The notes beneath the pieces were generated by a model, which saw nothing but the letters and a program-made list of their open reading frames with translations, was not told the origin of the DNA and searched no databases. Below are positions 52,941-59,593 of a stretch of DNA of 59,593 bases, in pieces (position 1 is the stretch's first letter; the number at the start of each line of letters is the position of its first letter). The translations under genes were made by a program, and so were the position numbers. Origin of the DNA: Chloroflexota bacterium (GTDB lineage: Bacteria > Chloroflexota > Anaerolineae > J102); the NCBI GenBank assembly GCA_013152585.1, contig JAADGC010000132.1, positions 1 to 59,593 of the forward strand. Reading direction: 5' to 3'.

Positions 52941-53828
52941 CTATCCTTTCACAGCGCCGACTGTCAAGCCGCTTTGCAACTGGTCTTGCACAAAATAGAA
53001 GAGGATGAGGGTGGGGATGGCAGCCATGAGGGCGCCGGCAGCGAAAGGCCCCCAGTTTTGTGAGAAGCGGCCACTGACAAAAAGGCTCAGGCCCACAGCC
53101 AGCGTGAAGTGGTTGATGTCTTTGAGCATGACGCGGGCCAGCAGGTAGTCGCCATAGGTGCCGATGAAGGTGAGGATGAAGATGACGACGAGGATGGGCC
53201 GCACCAGCGGCAGAATGATATAGAGGAAGGTCTGCATCGAAGAAGCGCCGTCCATGTGGGCCGATTCGTCCAAATCACGGGGAATCGAGTCGAAAAAGCC
53301 TTTCATCAGCCAGGTGTTAAAGCCCATGGCCCCGCCCATGTAGATGAGGATGAGCCCGCCCAGCGAGTCGATGCCCACGATAGGATAGTACTGGCCCAAT
53401 TGCCGCAAAATGAGAAACAGGGCGACAATGGCGAGGATGTTGGGGAAGACCTGGGCCAGGAGAATGGTCTTGAGCAGGGGTTGGCGGCCGCGGAAGCGAA
53501 AGCGTGAGAAGGCGTAAGCAGCAAAAGAGGTGATGCTCACCACCAGCACCGATGTGGTGAGCGACACAAACAGCGAGTTGCGCATCCACAGCAGGAAGGG
53601 GGTGTTCCCGTCGGTATTCTTGAGAATTTGCACGTAATGGTCGAAGTTGGCGCCCGCGGGAATGAGGTTGCGGCTGGCGATGGAGCTGGCGGGGTTGATC
53701 GAGGCGGAGAAGATGTAAATAACGGGCAGCAGGGCAAAGGCGATGGCCAGAAAGGACACGGCCATGCGCCAGGCAATCGAAATGCGTTTTTGACGCCGCA
53801 GAGAAGCGATTCGGGTGCTGCTAGACAT
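52941..53828 (-). CDS. Maltodextrin-type ABC permease, MalG-like
   Basis: EAA loop ESAHMDGASSMQTFLYIILPLVRP. ATG 53828 lies 2 nt after the upstream stop. Confidence 0.85.
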   Translation of the reverse strand: MSSSTRIASLRRQKRISIAWRMAVSFLAIAFALLPVIYIFSASINPASSIASRNLIPAGANFDHYVQILKNTDGNTPFLLWMRNSLFVSLTTSVLVVSITSFAAYAFSRFRFRGRQPLLKTILLAQVFPNILAIVALFLILRQLGQYYPIVGIDSLGGLILIYMGGAMGFNTWLMKGFFDSIPRDLDESAHMDGASSMQTFLYIILPLVRPILVVIFILTFIGTYGDYLLARVMLKDINHFTLAVGLSLFVSGRFSQNWGPFAAGALMAAIPTLILFYFVQDQLQSGLTVGAVKG

Positions 53829-55407
53829 TTTCGGACACCTCCTCCAACATGCCTGTGTAGCGGAAATTGAACAAGGTGATGGCGGCAACGACAATGAAGA
53901 TGAGGATGGCGATGGCCGATGCCAGGCCATAATCGGCGCCGCGACCCCCGGCAAAGGCCAGGCGGTAGGTGTAACTGATGAGGATGTCGGTGTGCCCGGC
54001 CGGCGTGGGGGTGCCGCTCATGGGCGGGCCGCCACGGTTGTAGAGATCGATGATGGTGAAGTTGTTGAAGTTAAAGGCAAAAGAACCCACCAACAGCGGG
54101 CCAACAGAAATCAGCAGCAAGGGCAGCGTGATGCGCCAGAATTGATTGAAGCCGTTGGCGCCATCCACGATTGCTGCTTCGTAGATATCTCGGGGGATGG
54201 CTTGCAGGGCGCCGGTGGTGATCAGGAACATGTAGGGAAAGCCCAACCACAGATTCACGATCAGGATGCCGATCTTGGCCCAAAGCGCATCGGTGAACCA
54301 GCCCGGATTCCAGGTGGTGCCGATAATGCCCAGGATGGGGTTGAACATGCCGCGCCAGATAAGAACGCTGATAAAGGCGGGCAGTGCATAGGGCACGATC
54401 AGGAGCACGCGCATAGGGCGGCGCCAGGGCAAATCTTCGGTGTTGAGCACCAGCGCCAGGAACAACCCCAGGGCAAAGGTGAGCAAAACGCTGAAGAACG
54501 CATAGCTAAACGTCCAGACGAAGATACTGATAAAAGGGCCGCGCAACTGGGGGCTTGTGAAGATGCGCTTGAAGTTCAAGAACCCGACCGACGTGGGGAA
54601 ACCCGGACGCAGGATGTCGCCATCGGCGGCCGTAAACGTGCCGTCCACGGACGCATACACCTTGCCCGTGGATTGGTCGATCATGGCGTCTGCCGCCGCA
54701 TCATAGACGTAGCGTTGTTGGAGCTGGGCGGCTTCTTTGAGCGATTTTACCTGCACAGCACCGATTTCGGGGCCGAACTTCTGCCCTTGCAAGTCGGCCA
54801 GGGCTTTGAACAGTTCCTTCTTCCCCAGGCGTTTGTAACCGGCGATGGTGGTGGGAATGTTGTTTTCGTCTAACGGTCCCAAGCCCAGGACCTGCCCGGG
54901 GCTGAGGAAGGGCTCACCGGGTTTGGCGAAGTAGGCGACGCCATCTTTGCCCTGTAGCCATAAGGCGTACTGCCCGTCGGCTGAGCGGAAGCCAGTCCAG
55001 GTGAAGACCTGGGCGTTTTCGGGCAGATATTGTTGGGCTTCGAGCTGGCGGATGGCCAGCGGCTTTTCGATGAGATGGCCGTCCCCGTAGTTGGTAAAGG
55101 CGGTGTAGGCGGTAAAGAGGACGGGATAAATGTGCAGCAGTAGCATGAAAGCCAGCCCCGGAGCAATCCAGCGCAGGGGCATGGCTGCGCCACGCAAAAA
55201 GACGATGTTGATGAAGAGAAGAACGATGGCAAGGGCGGCTGCAAGGGTACCAGCACCGTCGAAGATGAATCGGTAGACCAGCCAGATGCCCCAGGCGTCC
55301 AACAAAGACAGGAGGCCCAGGCGCAAAAGGAGGGCAGGGAGGTTGTTTGCCAGGGAGGAGAGGGGGCGCAAAGGCCCCCCCTCGTTTCTGGCTGTCTTGG
55401 CAGCCAT
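53821..55407 (-). CDS. Maltodextrin-type ABC permease, MalF-like with a large extracytoplasmic loop
   Basis: 528 aa. EAA loop EAAIVDGANGFNQFWRITLPLL, with a long non-hydrophobic loop between early TM helices, as in MalF. Confidence 0.85.
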   Translation of the reverse strand: MAAKTARNEGGPLRPLSSLANNLPALLLRLGLLSLLDAWGIWLVYRFIFDGAGTLAAALAIVLLFINIVFLRGAAMPLRWIAPGLAFMLLLHIYPVLFTAYTAFTNYGDGHLIEKPLAIRQLEAQQYLPENAQVFTWTGFRSADGQYALWLQGKDGVAYFAKPGEPFLSPGQVLGLGPLDENNIPTTIAGYKRLGKKELFKALADLQGQKFGPEIGAVQVKSLKEAAQLQQRYVYDAAADAMIDQSTGKVYASVDGTFTAADGDILRPGFPTSVGFLNFKRIFTSPQLRGPFISIFVWTFSYAFFSVLLTFALGLFLALVLNTEDLPWRRPMRVLLIVPYALPAFISVLIWRGMFNPILGIIGTTWNPGWFTDALWAKIGILIVNLWLGFPYMFLITTGALQAIPRDIYEAAIVDGANGFNQFWRITLPLLLISVGPLLVGSFAFNFNNFTIIDLYNRGGPPMSGTPTPAGHTDILISYTYRLAFAGGRGADYGLASAIAILIFIVVAAITLFNFRYTGMLEEVSENV

Positions 55408-55412
55408 GATTA

Positions 55413-57878
55413 TCAGCCTCCAGCAATGGCGGCTCGAATCTGTTCGGCGGCATTCTTGAAGGCGGTGTCAGGCGCTTCGGCTTGGTTGAAGATGAGGGTG
55501 ATGGCGTCGCCCCAGGCGCCCCACACGGCCGACATTTCGGGAATGGCGGGCATGGGCAGGCCGTTGGCACCGGCAGCGGCAAAGGCGGCCAGATCCGGGT
55601 CGTCGATGGCGTCGCGTACAGATACAAAGGCCGAGGGCCGAGGGTCGGCATCGAAGATGGCCTGCATGACTTCGGGGGTGGCGACGAATTCGTTCAGGAA
55701 GGCTTCGGCGAGCAGCTTGTTTTCGCTAAAGGCGCTGACCATGAAGCCCTGTACTCCCAGGAAAGGCTGGGCCTCTTGTGTCTGGCCGGGGATGGGGGCG
55801 ATGGCGTAGGAGATACCGGATTCACGTATCCGCGGCAACGACCAGGGGCCGGAGATCATCATAGCGGCGTCGCCGGATTCGAAGAGCACGTGCATGGTTT
55901 CCCAGTCGACGTCAGCGACGAGATGACCGTCTTTGACCGCCTGATCCAGGAATTCGGCGGCTGCCAGCGAACCAGGGCTGTCGAGGCCCACATCATCGGG
56001 GTTGTAGTTGTTGTTGGCATCCACGCCGAAGACGTAGCCACCAAAGGCGGTCTGGATGGGGAAGAAGTGGTAGGGGTCGCCGGCCTGCATGACCCAACCC
56101 TGCTTGACCTTGCCATCGGCTTCCAGTTGCGACGCCACGGAAATCACCTCATCCCAGGTGGTGGGCGGGGTGGGTACGAGGTCGGGGTTGTAGAAGAAGG
56201 CGACGTTTTCGGTGGCGTAAGGCATGCCGTAGAGCTGGCCTTCATAGCTGAAGGCTTGCACGGCGGCGGGGAGGAAGTCGTCGGGACTGCTGAGTTCGAG
56301 AGGCTCGACGATGCCGCTGGCTACGAGCTCGCCCAACCAGTCGTGGGCGCCGACAAAGATATCGGGGCCTTCGCCGGCGGGGGCGGCCAGTTTTACCTGA
56401 TCACGGATGTCGCCGAAGCCGACTTCCTGTACGGCCACGGTGACGCCGTATTCGTTCTGGAAGTTGGCGGCGACATCCTTCATGACGGGGGCGCGGATAT
56501 TGTCGGCCCAGATCACGAGATCGGCATCGGCACGCGTGAGGGTGGCCGGCTCTTCGGCCACGGGCTCGGGGGTGGGAGTAGGTTCGGGGGCACCGATCGC
56601 CTCCCGCACCTGCGTGGCGGCGTTCTTGAAGGCGGTGTCAGGCGCTTCGGCCTGGTTGAAGATAAGGGTGATGGCGTCGCCCCAGGCGCCCCATACGGCC
56701 GACATTTCGGGAATGGCGGGCATGGGTAGGCCGTTGGCGCCGGCAGCGGCAAAGGCGGCCAGATCCGGGTCGTCGATGGCGTCGCGTACAGATACAAAGG
56801 CCGAGGGCCGGGGATCGGCATCGAAGATGGCCTGCATGACTTTGGGGGTGGCGACGAATTCGTTCAGGAAGGCTTCGGCGAGCAGCTTGTTTTCGCTAAA
56901 GGCGCTGACCATGAAGCCCTGCACTCCCAGGAAGGGCTGGGCCTCTTGCGTCTGGCCGGGGATGGTGGCGATGGCGTAGGAAATGCCGGATTCGCGTATC
57001 CGTGGCAACGACCAGGGGCCGGAGAGCATCATGGCAGCGTCGCCCGATTCGAAGAGTACGTGCATGGTGTCCCAGTCGACGCCAGCGACGAGATGACCGT
57101 CTTTGACCGCCTGATCCAGGAATTCGGCGGCAGCGAGGGAGCCGGCATTATCGAGGCCGACGTCGTTGGGGTTGTAGTTGTTGTCGGCATCCACGCCGAA
57201 GACGTAGCCACCAAAGGCGGTCTGGATGGGGAAGAAGTGGTAGGGGTCACCGGCCTGCATGACCCAGCCCTGTTGGACCTTGCCGTCGGCTTCCAGTTGT
57301 GACGCCACGGCAATCACCTCATCCCAGGTGGTGGGGGGTTCGGGCACGAGGTCGGGGTTGTAGAAGAGGGCGACGTTTTCGGTGGCATAGGGCATGCCGT
57401 AGAGTTGGCCTTCATAGCTGAAGGCTTGTACGGCGGCGGGGAGGAAGTCGCCGGGATTGCTGAGTTCGAGAGGCTCGACGATGCCGCTGGCTACGAGCTC
57501 GCCCAACCAGTCGTGGGCGCCGACAAAGATGTCGGGGCCTTCGCCGGCGGGGGCGGCCAGTTTTACCTGATCACGGATGTCGCCGAAGCCGACTTCCTGC
57601 ACGATTAGTTCCAGGCCGTATTCATCCTGGAAGGATTGGGCCAGATCCCGCAGCACCGGGGCGCGGGTGTCGTCTGCCCAGATGGTCAGTTGCCCGGCTG
57701 GCTTCGCAGGTTCGGGCGTGGCGGTGGGGTTGGGAATGGGAGGCACCGGCGTGTCGGTGGGGACTGTGACCGGTGCTGTGGTGGGGACGGGCGTGGGTTG
57801 GGCTTGGCCGCCACACGCTGCCAATGCCATGGCAGCAATGATGACGACAATCAGAACCATCCAGTTGCGGCGAATCAT
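55413..57878 (-). CDS. Tandem-duplicated maltodextrin-binding lipoprotein (two complete MalE-like SBP domains in one 821-aa chain)
   Basis: Lipobox MALAAC and a Pro/Thr linker. SBP domain A spans about residues 62-433, followed by a PEPTPTPEP linker and SBP domain B (about 452-821). The domains are near-identical in sequence. AAGGAG RBS. Confidence 0.85.
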   Translation of the reverse strand: MIRRNWMVLIVVIIAAMALAACGGQAQPTPVPTTAPVTVPTDTPVPPIPNPTATPEPAKPAGQLTIWADDTRAPVLRDLAQSFQDEYGLELIVQEVGFGDIRDQVKLAAPAGEGPDIFVGAHDWLGELVASGIVEPLELSNPGDFLPAAVQAFSYEGQLYGMPYATENVALFYNPDLVPEPPTTWDEVIAVASQLEADGKVQQGWVMQAGDPYHFFPIQTAFGGYVFGVDADNNYNPNDVGLDNAGSLAAAEFLDQAVKDGHLVAGVDWDTMHVLFESGDAAMMLSGPWSLPRIRESGISYAIATIPGQTQEAQPFLGVQGFMVSAFSENKLLAEAFLNEFVATPKVMQAIFDADPRPSAFVSVRDAIDDPDLAAFAAAGANGLPMPAIPEMSAVWGAWGDAITLIFNQAEAPDTAFKNAATQVREAIGAPEPTPTPEPVAEEPATLTRADADLVIWADNIRAPVMKDVAANFQNEYGVTVAVQEVGFGDIRDQVKLAAPAGEGPDIFVGAHDWLGELVASGIVEPLELSSPDDFLPAAVQAFSYEGQLYGMPYATENVAFFYNPDLVPTPPTTWDEVISVASQLEADGKVKQGWVMQAGDPYHFFPIQTAFGGYVFGVDANNNYNPDDVGLDSPGSLAAAEFLDQAVKDGHLVADVDWETMHVLFESGDAAMMISGPWSLPRIRESGISYAIAPIPGQTQEAQPFLGVQGFMVSAFSENKLLAEAFLNEFVATPEVMQAIFDADPRPSAFVSVRDAIDDPDLAAFAAAGANGLPMPAIPEMSAVWGAWGDAITLIFNQAEAPDTAFKNAAEQIRAAIAGG
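55416..57695. repeat. Direct tandem duplication, period 1170 bp (390 codons), inside the SBP gene
   Basis: For example, CTTGAAGGCGGTGTCAGGCGCTTCGG occurs at both 55455 and 56625. About 990 nt from there onward match with only scattered substitutions. The last 100 nt or so of each unit (the N-terminal 30 or so codons of each domain) are clearly more diverged. Confidence 0.85.
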
Positions 57879-57983
57879 GTTTCTTCTCCTTGAGTCGAAA
57901 AAAGAGAGTGATAGGGGTGATAAGACTATGAGCCAGAAGCTGGGTGATGTGGACGAGTGGGAGAGGCGCTTCTGACAGGGGAA

Positions 57984-59015
57984 TCAGAGGGCGGCCGGGG
58001 CTGGCCCGGCCGAAGCACGGATCACGAGATTACAAGGGATGGTCGTTTGAGACGAGGGCATTTCTTCTGCCAGAATACTTTGGATGAGAAGGGATGTTGC
58101 TTTGGCGGCCATCACCGAATAGGGCACATACAACGATGTCAGAGCGGGGCTGGCGTAGGCGGCCAACAAGGAGTCGTTGGTACCGACGACAGACACGTCT
58201 TCGGGGATGCGCAGGTTTTGTTCCTGTAATGACCGCATAATGCCGATGGCCATGAGGTCGTTGGCTGCATAGTAAGCGGTGGGGGCCAATTCGCCCAGGC
58301 GAGACATACGGCGAACAGCCTGTCTGCCGCCATCTTCGACAAAAAAGCCGTAATCTACCCACTCTGGCAGGGGGGAGATGCCAGCTTTTTGCAAAGCGAT
58401 TTGGTAGCCGTGCAGACGTTCTTTCGACACCAGAACGTCGGGATCGCCCCCCACATAGGCGATGCGCTGATGCCCCATGCCCAGCAAGTAGTTGATGACT
58501 TGTTCGGTGTACATGGTGTCACTGCTGTCGACCCAGGCGCACGCCTCATGCGATGGGTCGGGCCTGCCGATGAGGACAAAAGGGGTGGCCTGGTTTTGCA
58601 GGGCCGATATCAGGTCAACGTCGAGGCGGTTGCTGAGCATGACGATGCCGTCGGCCTGCCGAGAGCCCACGATATCGAGGAGTTGGGTGATTTCGTCGGC
58701 ATGGCCATTGCTCCCTGCCACCAGCACCCGGAACCCATATTTAGAGGTTACTTCCAATAGCCCCTGCATCACCTGGGGGAAGAAAACATCTTCGAAATAG
58801 CCCTGGAATGCGTGCGAAACGGCGATGGCAATCGTGTGCGTGCACTGCATGCTCAGGGAGCGCGCAATGGCGTTGGGCTGAAAGCCCAGCTCATCAGCGG
58901 CTGCCAATACGCGTTGCCGCGTGGTATTGCTGATAGTGGGTTTGCCACTGAAAACACGACTGACTGTGCTGGGGTGAACCCCTGCTTTTTCGGCAACGTC
59001 GCGAATGGTCGGCAT
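57984..59015 (-). CDS. LacI-family transcriptional regulator (MalR-like)
   Basis: MPTIRDVAEKAGVHPSTVSRVFSG HTH at ATG 59015 (the ORF-track TTG 59087 would run through the operators). Periplasmic-binding-protein-like sugar domain. Confidence 0.9.
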   Translation of the reverse strand: MPTIRDVAEKAGVHPSTVSRVFSGKPTISNTTRQRVLAAADELGFQPNAIARSLSMQCTHTIAIAVSHAFQGYFEDVFFPQVMQGLLEVTSKYGFRVLVAGSNGHADEITQLLDIVGSRQADGIVMLSNRLDVDLISALQNQATPFVLIGRPDPSHEACAWVDSSDTMYTEQVINYLLGMGHQRIAYVGGDPDVLVSKERLHGYQIALQKAGISPLPEWVDYGFFVEDGGRQAVRRMSRLGELAPTAYYAANDLMAIGIMRSLQEQNLRIPEDVSVVGTNDSLLAAYASPALTSLYVPYSVMAAKATSLLIQSILAEEMPSSQTTIPCNLVIRASAGPAPAAL

Positions 59016-59049
59016 GGAGTTGCTGACTGAGAGAGGACGGGCGTTGTTT

Positions 59050-59063
59050 TGCAACCGCTTGCA
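59050..59063. promoter_or_regulatory. LacI-type operator half-perfect palindrome
   Basis: TGCAACCGCTTGCA, one mismatch from dyad symmetry, 35 nt upstream of the LacI ATG. Confidence 0.55.
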
Positions 59064-59082
59064 CGGCTTATCCGATTGTAAC

Positions 59083-59096
59083 TGCAACCGGTTGCA
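59083..59096. promoter_or_regulatory. LacI-type operator, perfect 14-bp palindrome
   Basis: TGCAACCGGTTGCA fits the TGnAAnCGnTTnCA LacI/CcpA-family operator pattern, with a central CG. Confidence 0.65.
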
Positions 59097-59593
59097 TTGT
59101 CAAGTAGGGGGCAACCCAAGGAATAAATGTTCCTGTTTCTGCTAAGTGAGCGTCTATCGGTGGCTCTCCCGTTTTGCTCTCGCTGACTGAAGTCAGGCTC
59201 TTCAGGCCTGCGGCCAGGAGTCGGCCTTCGCCGACTCTCCATGTGGCGAAGATCGGACGGCGGCGGAGGGCGACCGCAGGCCCCATAGCCCCGATTTCAA
59301 TCGGCGGGACGTCAATCATGTATCGGTTCCGCTGGCGGCGACCGCCCGGCGCATCACGGATGCGGCTAACGCTTCGTGAGCAGCGGTGAGGCGGGGCGCA
59401 TTGTCGGTAGGAAGGGTTGTGGGCGCCGACCGCCCGGCGATGAACCGCAGGGCACCAAAACGGCGCCGGGTGAACCCGGCTTGGTGGTGGGGCGCGATTC
59501 ACTTGCCAAATGCCGCGGACGCGCCGCCTGGAGCAGGGCTTTTCGTGCGCCAAGAGAGGGCGAGCAATTTCGGCAAGATTGTGCTGCGGCAAA

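Noticed and set aside
53815-54873. 352-aa ORF on the + strand
   Set aside because: It lies entirely antisense to the MalF-like permease. The product is Gly/Asp/Arg/His-rich with no recognisable motif, which is a typical shadow ORF of GC-rich coding DNA.
55482-56729. 415-aa + strand ORF (and 56407-56979, 56946-57302, 57405-57608, 57577-57975)
   Set aside because: These are antisense to the double-MalE gene, with Gly/Val/Glu-rich low-complexity translations that repeat only because the underlying gene is duplicated.
59068-59592. 174-aa minus-strand ORF open to the window edge
   Set aside because: The Arg/Pro/Ala-rich translation lacks domain-like features, and it would read straight through both LacI operators. 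The region is treated as non-coding (see finding).

Overview
This is a 59.6-kb, visibly GC-rich, densely coding bacterial chromosomal window. I recognised no rRNA, tRNA, CRISPR array, transposase or integrase. All calls come from reading motifs in the supplied translations and DNA; no database search was run.

Layout:
(1) 1-11.6 kb, + strand: the tail of a ribose-type ABC importer, an M24 creatinase/prolidase-like hydrolase, two SDRs, a DUF4432-like protein, a TPP-dependent E1alpha/E1beta/E2 module, and a coupled aldehyde:ferredoxin oxidoreductase (AOR).
(2) 11.9-17.0 kb, - strand: a D-lyxose/D-mannose isomerase, a CUT1 sugar ABC importer (two permeases plus a lipoprotein SBP), and a GntR/FadR regulator.
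(3) 17.2-38.5 kb, + strand: a roughly 21-kb, 20-gene operon. It sits behind a consensus TTGACA-N17-TATAAT promoter with a palindromic operator. It mixes dehydrogenases, two aminotransferases, three aldolase/lyase types, an FAD oxidoreductase, a second E1/E2 module, one B12-binding corrinoid protein and six URO-D/MtaA-like paralogues.
(4) 38.7-51.0 kb, + strand: a complete his operon (hisZ-G-D-C-B-H-A-F-I-E). It is preceded by a promoter / 14-codon ORF / terminator unit. It is interrupted by an AT-richer AAA-ATPase + RloB (AbiL/PARIS-like) defence pair, an NAD-epimerase gene and bioY. Two of its spacers consist of 7-nt tandem repeats.
(5) 51.0-59.1 kb, - strand: a LacI-malE-malF-malG-GH13 maltodextrin operon. 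Its MalE is an in-frame tandem duplication, and two LacI-type palindromes lie upstream.
(6) 59.1-59.6 kb: a hairpin-rich segment with no convincing ORF.

The best candidate for an undescribed system is the corrinoid + multi-URO-D methyltransfer kit embedded in the sugar/amine catabolic operon. The second is the defence pair that splits hisZ from hisG.
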